A stretch of DNA of 64,000 nucleotides, from the NCBI GenBank assembly GCA_025594325.1, contig JANHCV010000014.1:992001-1056000 (forward strand), written 5' to 3'. This document shows positions 13,892-26,223 of the stretch, in pieces. A program made the position numbers and the translations under genes. Origin of the DNA: Blastocladiella emersonii ATCC 22665 (lineage: Eukaryota; Fungi; Blastocladiomycota). Each line of letters opens with the position of its first letter. The first letter of the stretch is position 1. Below the pieces are notes generated by a model. The model was not told where the DNA came from. It made no database searches and saw only the letters and a list, made by a program, of their open reading frames with translations.

Positions 13892-14874
13892 ATGGAGTGC
13901 CGTCTCGCCGACTTTGCCCGGCCCGTCGGACCGCTATTCGCACGGCATGGTCGCCATCAACTCGATGCTGTACCTGTCCGGCGGAATCGGGAACCAGGGC
14001 GCGACTACAGTCCTCTGGCAGCTGTCGGCGGCGGGTTCGGCTTCCCCGCAGTGGTCGCGCATCACGCCGCGGCTGGGATCTTCCGGCATCTTCCAGCACC
14101 GTCGCTGTGACGTCGCCGCCCCTGTACCGGCCGACGGTGGTCCTGGCCGACGATCTCGGCAAGGTCATTGTCATTGGCGGGCTCACGCTGCAGTCGGTCT
14201 ACTACTCTTACTCGCGGTTGCTGTTCGAGTTTGACACGCGTATGGGCTTTCGTCCTTCCAAAGCTCTGTTTGATGATGCCGTACCCTCACACGATAAGCA
14301 CGCTCGTGTGGTCTCAGCGCAACAGCAGCTCGCAACCGACCATCTCGACGTGGGCCGCGGTCGTCGCCTCGGCCGTCTCCCGCCCCGCGTCGCGGTTCAT
14401 CCACGGCTTCACCGAGTACGGTGCCCGGAGCTACCACGTCCCGACCGACACGTGGTTCTTTGACCCTATTGACAGCCTGATCTCGTCGACCGATCCCACG
14501 ACCACAGTCGCCGACTTCCACCCTCGCCTGTATCGGTCCGCGTCGCAGGCCTCGCCGCCATCGAGTTCGGCGCCTTCGTCAACGCGCCCGACAACAACCT
14601 GTTCATCCGGTACGACAGCGACGACGTGGGCAGCGGCGACCCGCCGTTCACGGTCACCATGCGTAACCTGTCGCTCAACGCCACGTTCGTCACGCAGTCG
14701 ACGGCGACCGTGTCCCCAAGCACCGACGCGCGCCGGTTCGGCGGGTGGAACGTCTTCGTTCTCGAGAACTGCGGCATTATCGTGCTTCAGTACTCGCTGC
14801 TAGTGTCGGCCGAGAGCTTCACGTACCGCAACCCGATCGATTGCACTCATGCGGACGCACAGACGGTGCCATAG
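13892..14874 (+). pseudogene. Frameshifted Kelch-repeat gene relic
   Basis: PSDRYSHGMVAINSMLYLSGG and DDLGKVIVIGG Kelch blades are spread over three frames. Confidence 0.45.
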
Positions 14875-14889
14875 ACTAGCGCCTCTCTA

Positions 14890-15000
14890 CAATCCGCCGT
14901 TGCGGCAGCACTCGTCATCAGGGTCGAGGAGCGGCGCGAGGCAGCACGGCGCGTAGCCTGTTGGTGCGCGGTGCGCTCGCGTGAATGGAGGGCGGCTGTT
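14890..15000 (-). mobile_element. Short relic homologous to the 3' end of the retrotransposon at 5700-5790
   Basis: gaggagcggcgcgaggcagcacggcgcgta here versus gaggagcggcgtgagacagcacggcgcgta at about 5710. Confidence 0.5.
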
Positions 15001-15699
15001 GCCGTCGGTCTGGGCTTCAACGCAGGGGAAAGTGAAGATCGCGCACCAGGGTTCGAATCCCATCATTAACCCGCGCGATGCTCCTCCGGTACGCTGCTGA
15101 GGGGTACCCAGTCGGCGGCAACATCCATCCACCTTTTCTTTTTCTTTGTTGCTTTGCACTTTTGCCGAGTCGAGGGCTAAAGCCCTCTTTTTAGACCGCG
15201 TCGCGGCCGGATAGGGTGCCGACGCTCACGTGAGCATGTCGCCCTCTCGTCATGTGAATGTCCTCGAAACGCGTGACAGACGCGTCGTTTGTCATGTGAT
15301 CGCTGTGGCGCAACGCGTCCTGGCCGTGCACGTGATCGGCCTCGGCCCAACCCCCGGAAGCGCGTCGCTTGACGCTGTTCCGCTCGGCCATCGCGGAACA
15401 TTTAACGCTTTGCACCGACCCTCGACCAGGCCCGCGAGACTCCGAGCACATGAAAGCGTGAGAGATGCAGAAGCGCGGTAAGCCGCTAGCGGAGCCCGTG
15501 CTTGGCGTGCGTGTTGGAAAACGGAGCCCGAGTTCGGTGCACATCCTTAAACGACGCGGTTCACCTGGGAGCCGCTAGCGCAGGCTCGTTGACGTGGGCG
15601 CGAGTTCAACGGTTGCACCGAGAACGACTTGCGAGGTCCCATGAACGTGAGTTCGAGTGAGGACTGCGAGGTCGAGAGATCCGCTCTTTGAGTTGCGGT

Positions 15700-16783
15700 T
15701 CGTTACACGAGCGGGTCGTTCCGTGGCTTGGGTTTGCCAGACGTTGCAGCGGGCGCAGACGTCTTCGTGAGCGGATCGCTGCAACTCGCTGTTCGCGTGG
15801 GTGCGGGTCCGCGCAACGTGCTCGCTCGAGTGGGCCGTGCTCCGCTGGATCATCGCGGCCCGCGAGCTCCAGGTCGAGTGGGTCCGTGGCCACGCCGTGA
15901 ACTTGGAGAATGAGGAGGCCGACGCGCTCGCCAACAAGGGCTGCCGCGCAAGTCCCGCTGTGAATCGCCGCCGCCGTCCGCGCGGACCTCGATGCGCCCG
16001 CCCTTCACGGCGCGCAGGCGCGGCTGCGACTTCAACTCAGTCCCGCGACGCGCTCTCCGCCGCCTGCACGACGCGCGACACGACCCGCTGCTCGCTCTGA
16101 CCGCGTCCGCTGGCATCACGTCCTCCCCCATCGATGTCCCAGCCCCTGTCACTGCGCTTCGGGGCAGCACGCGCCGCATCCACCCGAGCGAGTCCCTCAC
16201 CGCGAACTCGCTACCGTGCTTCCAGCTCCGCGCGCTCACAGGCCAGCTGCCGACCCGCGGCTGTTTGCACCAGCTCTGGCCGCACCGCTACGAGTCCCCC
16301 AACTGCGCCGAATGCCCAAACACTGGCGGCAAGATCGCCGACACTCAAGCGTACGCGCTTGAGTGCACACTCTTCGCACGCAATCGTCTCCGCGGCACTG
16401 GACGACGTCCGCATCGTAAACGCCCTCGCGGCGGTCGACAAGAGCTAGATCGGGGGCGGGCTCCGCACCAGCGTCACCGGATCGCTCGCCGAGCGCCTTC
16501 TCAACCCAAAACACACATGAAGCACCGTGGCCGCCATCGTGGACGCACCACTCGTCGCGTGGTTCAAACAGCTTTACTGAGACGAACTCATCGATCCACG
16601 CCTCGCGCTCCTGCCGCGACGGCCATCGCCTCGAGCGCCATGCAGGAGCTTGCTTGGCGCCCTCGCTGCAGCGCGATTGCTGATGCCGCGCTGGTGACAC
16701 ATGACGGTGCCCTGCCGCCACTCAACGCGAGCGACCAACCGCACCATTCTTTGTTGAAGCGCGCGCATCGCGCTGTGCTGTGA
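15700..16783 (+). mobile_element. Second degenerate non-LTR retrotransposon 3' relic (RNase H + Zn-finger)
   Basis: LQVEWVRGHAVNLENEEADALANK and CAECPNTGGKIADTQAYALEC; collinear with 5700-6870 in the opposite orientation. Confidence 0.7.
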
Positions 16784-16848
16784 CGCGCAAAGCTGCAACG
16801 CGCAAAGCTGCAACGCGCGAAGCTGCGACGCGCAAAGCTGCGACGCGC
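16781..16848 (+). repeat. 15-bp minisatellite (gcRacgcgcRaagct), about 4.5 copies
   Basis: Directly visible tandem units starting at the stop codon of the retrotransposon relic. Confidence 0.85.
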
Positions 16849-19160
16849 TGTACTGCCACGCTCGAAACGGCGCAAGCGCCCAACGTGGCGCGGGCTTTGG
16901 CCCTCGATTGAAAACCAGACGCGAAGCGTCTAGGTGCCTCAAGTGTAATAAGATGGGAAGAGAGAATCAACGCAGCGTGACGCGTTTCGACGCGCCGCGC
17001 CACTCACGTGAGCGTTGCTCACGTTGGATACTCGATACATTGCCAGTACCTCCACCACTCACTCCGTTCGGGTGTCAACTGTGCGGGGCTTTGCCCAAGT
17101 GCCCTCTTGCCGCGATCACACGGCACTCCAGACGCGTCGTGGACGCGCAATGCAAGGAACTGCATGATTTGTGAACTGAGAGACACGGAACTCGCTTCAG
17201 ATGTAGTGCAGAGGGATATCATGCTTCTGACTCGCATTACTCAAAGGGGCTCGAAAGAAAGAGTCGCGACGCGTCAGAACCACGCGTTGGGGCCGTCGCA
17301 ACACGCCCTCTTCGCGCTTTTGTGCGTCTTCCTGCTCTTGAGGTGGATCAAGTCGACTACGGACGTGGCGGAGATAGCTGAAGGTCGCTGAACGGATCGC
17401 TGTTCAAGTTGCGGGAGCGACTCCTTGTGCAGCGAGTTGCGATCAAGCACGCACAAACACGAACTGACTCGAGTGATGGTGGCTTTGATCGAGCGCTAGC
17501 GCGACTTGATTGTGGGCGCTGATCCGATTACTCTTAACATCGCCTCAATGCAGCATACGCGCACGTAGCGCCTAGTCCCAGCGCGCTCAAGGCAACTGAG
17601 ATCGGATTTGTGACAGACGCGTCAAGGCGAGCCACTCGCTCATAACAGCATGCTGGTGTTCTGAATGAGCCGAAAATAAAGCAGTCGGCGATCGTGAACT
17701 AACAGAATGTATCATGCACAACGAATGCACGCGAAGACTCGATATCGACCAACGCGTTGGTTTTCCGCCAAGAAAGCACCCGACGACGATGGCGGTCGCG
17801 TTGCACGCTATTGATCTGGCTTGAGACCTCAAGCGAGCTCACCTCCTTGAGCACGGAACAACAGAGCTCGGATGAAGCGGATCTATGGTGGAAGGATCGC
17901 GAAAGGTCGACGCGAGTTAGGGTGCCACGGAATGTTGTTGACAGCGACACGAGACACTAAAGCGCAGATGGATGGATATCGTGTACGTCTTGATGCGCGC
18001 ATGAGCGGAGCGCTTTGTCTCGCTCTTGTTCGCCTGATGAAAGTTGCTGACGGAGCGATCCTCATCGTCGTGCGAAACCCCGGAGAACGTGAAGATTGTC
18101 AAAATTGTACTGACGCACGCCCGTCGGTGGAAAGCCAGCATCAACGGTTCCAACCGCAGTCGCGACGGTTTGCTCAGCCGACTTTCTCTCGCCTCCAGTT
18201 GCTCGGTAGACCTTGACAAGGAGTTTTCAGTGAATCCATAACACGTTTCGCCGCTGTGCAGGTAGCAGGGGTCGAGGTAAGAAGCGGCCAGCAGCGCAGC
18301 AGATGAGCCGCGCGTGATTGCGCTGGAGCAAAGCCAGATGTGCGCTTCGCTCGTGATGAAGTTCGCATCCCAGGCCGCCGAAGCAGAGATACCGCGTAAC
18401 CGCTCGTTGCGAGGGTTTAAGCGACTTCGTTGCACAACCCTTCGCTTGGCACGACGTCCCTTGGCAAGTGAACAGGACGCGAGGAGTCGCCGGGCGGGCA
18501 CAACGGCGGTACAGTGGCGGCAACGGCGGTCAAGAAAAACGAGTTTTACGACACAAGGGGAAGAACTAGAACACAAGTAGCATCGCCTTTGAGCCTGGGT
18601 CACCACGGGAAACAAGGCAATGAAAGGCCCAGGTACTGTGAAAGCATCCCACAACACGCTGCTCCACTCGGCGAGCTCGCCTAAGCAGCACTTGTGCATT
18701 AGCAAGAGCAGAGTGCGAAAGCCATGCTAAAGGAACACTCAAGTCACCGGTCGAGTCGAGCACAGCACGTCGCCGTGCGAGCGCCACCCAGAGGCGCCGA
18801 GGTGGGACAGGACCGGCGTGTCGTCGATTTCGTGATTTATGGAATCCATTGCATGGAGTAAATCAGCTTCATTGATTGAGGGGAGCATACGGGAGGAGAG
18901 CGGAGCGGAAGCGAGAGCCGAAGCGAAGTGGCGCAACGCGACACGGGGAGTGATGTCATTGAGAAAAGTGTGACTGTAACGTGACGAGCGTCAAAACGAA
19001 ATCGCAGCGACTATAGCTTGGGCAAAGCCCCGCAGTTGGGTCGTGACACAACTTTTTAGAGTACGCGGTGCTCGCACGATCGAATAACGATAGCCAACGA
19101 GAGTTTTCAACACGCAGCAGTGAAGAAGCAATTTATTCCGTAGGGCCATCAACAGAAGCA

Positions 19161-22100
19161 TCAGATGCCCCCGTCCAAGAACTCCTTCGACAGCGCCCCC
19201 AATAAATCCATGCAACCTCCGCACACGGCGTAGGGAGGATGGATCAGCGCGCGTTTAAGCAGCGGCTTCACCGCCGCGTAATCATTCGCGCCAATCCGTG
19301 GATCTGCCTCAGGCACCTGGTCCGGTAGCAACGTCACGAAGTCAAGTAGCTGCGGCGGGAGGGCGCTGCCGGTCGGAAGATTGGTGACGGACAAACGCTC
19401 ACCCAGCGCCTTGGCACACCGAAAAAGCACTTGCAACGGCTTCGCACTGTGCGACGGGTCGGGGGCCTCGCAGGAAAGGGGCGCGGCTGCAATGCTGCAC
19501 TTGAGCGCCGGCGTTGGAATGGACCCAGGGCCGGCCGAGGGAAGCATGGCGGCGCGGTCAAAGAGAATGAAGAGAACTGGCGCGCTAGTACACCGGCGGA
19601 CCAGAAGGCCCTCAAAACCCTTGGCAAACGCGATAAAGATTGCACGAAATATCCCGACCACGTGCACGACGCTCAGATGCGGGTTGGTGTTGGAAATGTG
19701 AGAGACATCCTTGGCGCTGCTAACGTAGTTCGCTCGCCAATCCAACTCCACCTGCAGCTCAGTGGAAGTGGCAATCGCTGCGCCAATCGAGTGCTCCAAG
19801 ATCCGGCTGTCAGGCGCAACTGTCACGCGGCGACCAACTCGTGGGTACGAGGGCAGCAGTCCCAAGTCGGTTGCTGCGCTCAAGACGCGTTTCATGGTGA
19901 GAGTGATCCGGCCCGAGTTGTGGTCGACTTTGAGGCCCGTGACACGGCCAGGCGAGGTCAAGCGCATGGTTTGGCGCTTGTCATCGATGACGAGCGACAC
20001 GGCGCCGCAATCCGCAGCCAGCTCGGCGTAAGTCCCAATTGTAAATTTGGCAGTCGAGCCAGACTGGAGTTTGAGAAAGACTTCGACTGAGTTGGAAGCT
20101 TCGCGGACGTGATCAATTGAGAGCGGCCAGGCGAGCGGAGCAGCTGGTCCAGATTGAGGAGAACATGGACAAGGTTGAGCGATCGCCTCCAGGAGCGGGG
20201 AGAATCGTCTCAATGGCGTCCAGGTGATTTTGACTGCCGCGATGGGAATAAGCTTGCCACCGATGAGCTCGCGATTTCCAGGTTTCCCGCCGCGCCCAGG
20301 AAGTTCCTCGCGGTACACGCCAATCATGGTCCCGGGCGGCTGCGCATCATCGGCAAATTTGGCGGACACGTTCACCGCAACGTGCAACACTGGACGAAAG
20401 CCATGGATCAATTTGACGGCAAGACCCTCAAGGCGGTACGTAACTTTGGGCATGACAATCTCAAGGACAAGATAAGGCGAGCGAAGCAGGGATTTTTCGT
20501 CGGCTGGGAGAGAGAGCTCGATGCAGAGATAGTTCGTGTCTGCGCTGAAATCACAGTAGCGCCACCCGTATTGCGTGTAGGAAACTGAGAGCTCGCTGAC
20601 GAGTCGACTCACATACCCAAATGCTGGCCCGAGGTCTCCCGCAAAGCTGTCGACCGTCGAAATGCTCGGCCATTCGCCGTATGAGCCCACGAACGCAACT
20701 CTTTTCGAAGCCAGTGCAAATCCGACAAGCTTAAAGATGAAGGTGCGAGGGGTGAGGGTTAGGGCTAGTGCGTGTGTGGCGGAAGAGTGAGCACTAGTGT
20801 GAGTGAAATTGTCAGCGGGGGAAGCAGTACCTCTGTGTGTCTCTGCGGTTGGTTGTGCGACGGCTTTGATACAATTGAAGACCGCGTCCTTCAAAAACGG
20901 CGAAGCGTTCAACGCAGTTGGCACCGTCGGGTGCGGCAGCCTGGCGAAAGTCAAGCAACGGATCGGGTGAGCATCAAGGTGGTCAAGACTCCACGCGAAA
21001 GGCTGGATCCACGTCGTAGGGTCATCTTTACTTGATCGCTCCGCGAGAGCAACGCCAAAGAGTGCCAGGAAAGTTGCATGCGGGAGGCCCGTCACGCGGA
21101 GCAAGTACTTGTCCAAGTCTTTCGAGAAGCCCGATTCAGCGTCGGTGGAGTAGGCAAGCAGGCGGGCACGCTCGCAGAAATCGTCATTGTAGCGGAGAAG
21201 TACGGAACCGTGAATTAGGATGCTGAGCAGGCCGCACGAGTCCATGAGGTTGTCCGTGTCCACGACGTCAAAGCGCATCAAGAGATCGATCGTTAGCAGT
21301 TCCATGGCAGCGACCGCGTGGCCACAAATGAGAGCAATGCGAACGCGGTGTTTGTGATTCTGGAGAGAATCGCCAAGTGTCGTGACCCATTTGCCGATCT
21401 CAGCAAGCATGGCGGACTCGGGGAGCCTGTGGCCCAGGAACAAGTCAAAGGCGTCGGACGGGAGCGTGCTCGGATCGACTGCGTAATACGGCACGTCGTC
21501 GCTGGAGATCAATGTAAAAGTTGGATTGACAACAGGAACTTGATCACCACTCGTGAACGCACTGGACTCGGCAAGGCGCTCGAGGTTGCATGCCGTGCGC
21601 GCCGACTCGGCGCTCTGGAGCACGCCGCGATACTGAGCCTGCACCTGGTTCATTAACCTGGATACCGGACAAGTCGATGCGGTAGTCGAAACCGATTGAG
21701 TGTACCGCTCGCGCTTGGTAAGCAGCGCTTCGACGGACCAGTCGACTTCAAGCCAAGCGCGCCAGCAGCGGCGGAGCTCGATGAGAGTTGTGTTGTTGAG
21801 GATGCGGAGCGGCGTGTCGACCGGAACATTGACCCAGTCCTTTGCGATGCACTCGCGCATTCGAGCAATCCAGAAGCCGCGAACCTCGGAATCGAGAACA
21901 TGCGAGTACCAAAGCTGGCCGACATAGCGAGTAAGCATGGTTGTGTCGACCTCCTCTGACGGAGTGCGTGCGACGGCATGAAGGATAAGCAAGTTTCGCG
22001 CGAGGACTTCGGGCTGCCAGTCGTTAAGCGCGAACGAGAGCGTCGCCGTGGCACCCTTGGTTGCTGCCTCGCACACGGTGCGGGCGACCTCGGCCAGGTC

Positions 22101-22406
22101 GCCGCACCCGCAGAGAAGCGCTGCCAGTTCGGGTCGCGTACACGAGTCGTGGAAAAGGAATAAGTCGCGTGGCGGCTGGTTGCGGAACGGTCGGAAGCGC
22201 TCAACGCGGCTCCCGCGGTACGGCGTGCGACACGTCGAAAGTGCCGAGATCGGCGCGTAGGGCTTGTCAATGATCGTCAGGCCAGGATTCGCGGCGAAAG
22301 TCGCCTCCGTCGAGAGGCCCTTGGCGGGCTGTGGCATAGTAGCAGGACCTCGCCCAGATGCATTGCCGCCAGTGGCGGGTTTATTCACTCTCGGTTTCGG
22401 CTTCAT
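19161..22406 (-). CDS. DUF4470-like protein, 1081 aa (paralogue of 7151-10667)
   Basis: RDLFLFHD..LLCGCGDLAEVARTV..DWQPEVLARNLLIL; shares blocks with the 7151 protein along its length (VNPTF/VNPTM, LMDSCGLL/LMDACGLL, LTMKRVL/LTLTRVL). Confidence 0.7.
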   Translation of the reverse strand: MKPKPRVNKPATGGNASGRGPATMPQPAKGLSTEATFAANPGLTIIDKPYAPISALSTCRTPYRGSRVERFRPFRNQPPRDLFLFHDSCTRPELAALLCGCGDLAEVARTVCEAATKGATATLSFALNDWQPEVLARNLLILHAVARTPSEEVDTTMLTRYVGQLWYSHVLDSEVRGFWIARMRECIAKDWVNVPVDTPLRILNNTTLIELRRCWRAWLEVDWSVEALLTKRERYTQSVSTTASTCPVSRLMNQVQAQYRGVLQSAESARTACNLERLAESSAFTSGDQVPVVNPTFTLISSDDVPYYAVDPSTLPSDAFDLFLGHRLPESAMLAEIGKWVTTLGDSLQNHKHRVRIALICGHAVAAMELLTIDLLMRFDVVDTDNLMDSCGLLSILIHGSVLLRYNDDFCERARLLAYSTDAESGFSKDLDKYLLRVTGLPHATFLALFGVALAERSSKDDPTTWIQPFAWSLDHLDAHPIRCLTFARLPHPTVPTALNASPFLKDAVFNCIKAVAQPTAETHRGTASPADNFTHTSAHSSATHALALTLTPRTFIFKLVGFALASKRVAFVGSYGEWPSISTVDSFAGDLGPAFGYVSRLVSELSVSYTQYGWRYCDFSADTNYLCIELSLPADEKSLLRSPYLVLEIVMPKVTYRLEGLAVKLIHGFRPVLHVAVNVSAKFADDAQPPGTMIGVYREELPGRGGKPGNRELIGGKLIPIAAVKITWTPLRRFSPLLEAIAQPCPCSPQSGPAAPLAWPLSIDHVREASNSVEVFLKLQSGSTAKFTIGTYAELAADCGAVSLVIDDKRQTMRLTSPGRVTGLKVDHNSGRITLTMKRVLSAATDLGLLPSYPRVGRRVTVAPDSRILEHSIGAAIATSTELQVELDWRANYVSSAKDVSHISNTNPHLSVVHVVGIFRAIFIAFAKGFEGLLVRRCTSAPVLFILFDRAAMLPSAGPGSIPTPALKCSIAAAPLSCEAPDPSHSAKPLQVLFRCAKALGERLSVTNLPTGSALPPQLLDFVTLLPDQVPEADPRIGANDYAAVKPLLKRALIHPPYAVCGGCMDLLGALSKEFLDGGI

Positions 22407-22556
22407 GTTTCGAGTGCAGGGGAGCGTGAGAATTCGCTCGACGCGTCACGAGTTCCCATCCGGCCAACCTCGCGTGACCGCGTGAGGTGCGGCGCAACGC
22501 GTCTCAGTCAAGTTGTAAAAGAGCATATATTTTCAGAATACTCTCAATAGCGTCGG

Positions 22557-24198
22557 TCACAGATTACTGCCCACAACCTTGAATGCGTCAGGCACGACCC
22601 GATTGAACTCAGTCGCAATTGAGCCGGGAGGTTCACCTGCGTCGGATCCCGCGTATTTGGTCAATTTGCGCACAAGGGCGAGCAGTTCATTGGGATCCGC
22701 AAGCCCGTCGAGCGCGCCGTTGGAAAGAGTGCGCAGGATAAGCGGCGACACACTACCCGCGTTGACCTGATCGCGAAGCGAATCAAAGGCCCGTTGCGGG
22801 TCAGTATCAAACAGAAGCTGCACAAAGCACCGAGCGGAGGCCAGGCGACTGCATCCAGCGGGCTTCGCTGCTGTATAGGCGCATGAGGCCCCGCTATCAT
22901 CAACGCAAAGCATGCCCAGCTTTGACCACGATTGGTCAACTGCGAACACGATTGACTCGATTTGGTCAACCGTACAGAGTTGCACAATCGCGTCAACGAG
23001 AACGCGCCAGGCCATTTGAGCCGCAAAAGGACAGGTGGTGCAGAATGACGACTCGAGATCGCCCAACGAAGCAAATTCGTTGCGCGTCATATGCTCTTCA
23101 CAAGGTGGGAATAAGGCGAGGATGACGGCGTCAAGGAATCTGTGGGCTGAACCCGACTCGTGAATTTGATCCAAGAAATCCCGCGGACAGTAAGCGTGCT
23201 GGATAGCCAAGGAGACTAGTTGCGCGATGTCGACCGACATTGCCCAGGTGAGGTGCTTGTCCGCGGACCGCGAAGAAAGCAAATCCAGGATCTCGACTGG
23301 GAGAAGAAGCTCCTTGCCGCTGAAAAGAAACTCGACGAGTCCTGCCCCGGGATACGCTTCGTGGTCCAAGCCACGCTGGTGGAAAGCATTGACGAAATCG
23401 GGCAGCGTCAAGCGAGTGTCGGTTCCAATACGGGTACTCGGGATGAGCGCAAAGTTGAGCACATGCTTGTTGATGTCTTTGAGAGGCCGACCGGCGCGAA
23501 AACCCTCGCAAAAGGCTAACAGGGAGATAGAGCGCGTCAGAACATCCGCCAAACGACCTTGAATAAGTCAGCGACAACGTACCGTTCAGGAGTAGCTGCT
23601 CCCACTGCTCGAGGCTGTGCCGCTCGTAAAGCTTCGCAACGTATTCAAAATCTTCACGGGCAAGCGCGGCACCAAGAATAGCTGGCCAGCGCTTGGGAGC
23701 AACGAGCCCGTTGGAGTTGAGCAGCTCGAGGTCTGCAACTGAGAGCTGCTCGCTGTCAAACCAACGGACGATATGGCCACCGAGCTCGGAGAAGTCGAAC
23801 TCGGGAATATCCACTTTCAACTCATTATCCCTTTCGTACAGGCGAGGGACCACCGGCTTGATTCGTGCATCCTGGAGCACAATGTCATAGGTCAAGGAGA
23901 GCTTGAACTGATCGGGAAATCGGGGAAAGAGATTGAAGAAGATTCGGCGGCCCGTTTCAACAGCGACGCTGACGTACATGTCACGCACCGAGGCTGGCAA
24001 CGGCGATCCGCATTCAAATATACATCGAAAGATTGGGGTAAACGCGGCAGGAACATCGTAGTCGGGACTTGCGAACGCGAAGAAGACTGACTTTTGAAGG
24101 AGGAAGCGAGCTGGCGCCACTGAGCAAAGCACTGCAGCGACGGCACGCGAGTCCACCGCGTACTGAGGGTCGGCAGCAAGTCGCTCGAAATCACCATA
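22557..24198 (-). pseudogene. 3' part of an F-box-like gene split by the Helentron
   Basis: The frame is open right up to the Helentron CTAG and has no ATG (YGDFERLAADPQYAVDSR..). A 25-nt GT..AG segment at 23558-23582, or a 1-nt frameshift, joins ORFs 24156 and 23552 in frame. Confidence 0.6.
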
Positions 24199-26222
24199 CT
24201 AGGGGTGTGTGCTTTGCACACTCTGTCTCAGCAGTAGGCGACTAGGCTGGCTTGAAAATATGCTGGACGTCAAGTTCCGTCCGCGTTGAAAGGCGAGTAG
24301 TGAATGACGTGTCAAAATCGCAATGTATTAATGAGCTAAGGACTAGGTAGTGGTTGCCTCCGCCAGACTTTGCAGTCGAGCGTACTCGGCAAGTAAATGT
24401 TGATCCTGTGTTTGATTCAGGCCTTGGATACCTGGATCACGCAGGATCAGGATGTCGTCACCGCGCCGTACACGCGATAGGATCATGTACAGGAAGCGCG
24501 ACGGTAACGATCCACGCGTCATGTCGGCGAGATCAACGATGACCTTTTCGAGGGTCATCCCTTGGGCCTTGTGCGCCGTCAGCGCGTACGCGAGCTCGAG
24601 CGGGAACTGGGCTCGATGGATCGTCTTGGATGTGCCGGCCACCTTGTCCTTGAGGCGGAACGAGGCGATCTCGCGGCGCAGCGGGAAGCAGCCGTCGGGG
24701 ATCCCGGGTAGCTTGGGCATGCGACCCAGATCCTTGTTGGGCCGGATGATGACTGCATCAATGTCATTGTTCGAGTCGGTGGCAAAGCCTTCAACACGGC
24801 CAATGACGCCGTTGACGATGCCGCGACTACACGATGCGAAGCGAGGAAGCGCTGGTGAGTCCACGCGCCTAATGGCCGGCGAATATGACGCGGAGACGTA
24901 CAGCGTGTTGATGTTCCGCGTCACGATGACACGCGCGCCAGCAAACAGCTTGAGGGTAGACGGGATGTGGTCCGTCTTGCTTGAGGGAAGCAGTTTTGCG
25001 AAGTCGAGCATGTGCCAGTCGCTGTCGCCCTGACCGCTGCTCTTAACAACGAGCTGCCGCCAAAGGAGTGGTCCGGTTGTGGAGGGCTTGCGGACGAGAT
25101 CGACGCACTCGAGGTCAAAGATTTCGTCGGGTTGGAGACCGAGGCGACGCGCGTGTTTCGCGGCGGCCATCGAGTTCCACGCGTCGCGTACCGAGTTCTG
25201 CGCCGTGATGAGGACCTGGTCGCTCCAGTCGTCGAGCTGGCCTGGGTGCTGGGTGCTGGCCCAGTACGACGTCTGCTCGCCGCGAGCCGAGGTACTCGAT
25301 CACGCGCTGCGAGACGTTACAGTTGTGCGGGTCGTTAAGCACGTTGTGCAAACCCGCGTCGCCCGACTGCCGCATCTGCTGGACGAGGAAGAAATCCGAG
25401 TCGAAGGCGAGCCACTGATCGCGACCAATGTTGGCGTCGGTTGGAGTTCTGCTGACCGCTGGCGGCTCCTTGCGCTTGGACGCGCGCTTCTTCTGCTGCT
25501 GCTGCTGCTGAGGCTCGCCGTCGACCTGCATCAAGTCACCATCATGAGCTGCATCCACCTCGGGTTCGGGTGCGCGTTCGACCGGCTGCTCAGATGGAAC
25601 CGTGAGCGAGCGGGCCATGACGGGCTCGAACTGGAAAAAGTCGCCAAACGCGAGGACGTGCAGGCCGCCAAACGGACGATGGTCGCGGCTCGGGTATAGC
25701 GCGTCGAAGCACAAGTGCATTGCGGCGAACAGCTCGGCGCCGACCATGGAGATCTCGTGCGCGTCTCGTGCTAGTGAGACACAAGAGACGCGATGTGTCT
25801 CGCGCACGCCACGGGTGCGAGACAGGAGACGCGAGACAAAAAACGCGAGTCACAATACGCGCAAGCGGTGAATTAAATCAAAGCGTCAGGGAAGCGTGTG
25901 GATGCCCACGTAGGACATGAAGGACGGAGGAAATGTAGAGGATATGCACAGTGGCCGCGGGAGGAGCGGGAAGAGTGAGAGGTCAGGTACACGGAGAGTA
26001 TTCCGACGTCGAACTGTGCCCCAGACGATTTTAGTTGAGTTGCATAGAGTTAGAGGGTAGATTTATTAAGAGGATTTGGAGAAAATTGAGGAGAAGATAA
26101 TTCGAGCTCGACCGAGACGCGTCGCGACGCGTGTTGATGGGAGTGGCAGAAAAGTCAGGCGTGCCAAATGGCCCAGCTTGAGCGCGAATTCAGCTCCACA
26201 GAAACTCAGCCTACTGCTGAGA
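24199..26222 (-). mobile_element. Non-autonomous Helitron2/Helentron element (~2.0 kb)
   Basis: 14-bp asymmetric inverted repeat (24226-24239 / 26209-26222); 3' hairpin gtgtgc-aaa-gcacac (24207-24221) followed by CTAG; T on both flanks; contains a PIF1-helicase relic. Confidence 0.8.
24343..25760 (-). pseudogene. PIF1-family (Helitron RepHel) helicase C-terminal relic
   Basis: EISMVG..FGGLHVLAFGDFFQFEPV..QQMRQSGD and QFPLELAYALTAHKAQGMTLEKVIVD; 5'-truncated and frameshifted. Confidence 0.85.
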
Positions 26223-26223
26223 A

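Noticed and set aside
16781-16848. CRISPR-like array (also considered for 51799-52050 and 55936-56030)
   Set aside because: The repeats are contiguous with no unique spacers, there are no cas genes, and the context is eukaryotic.
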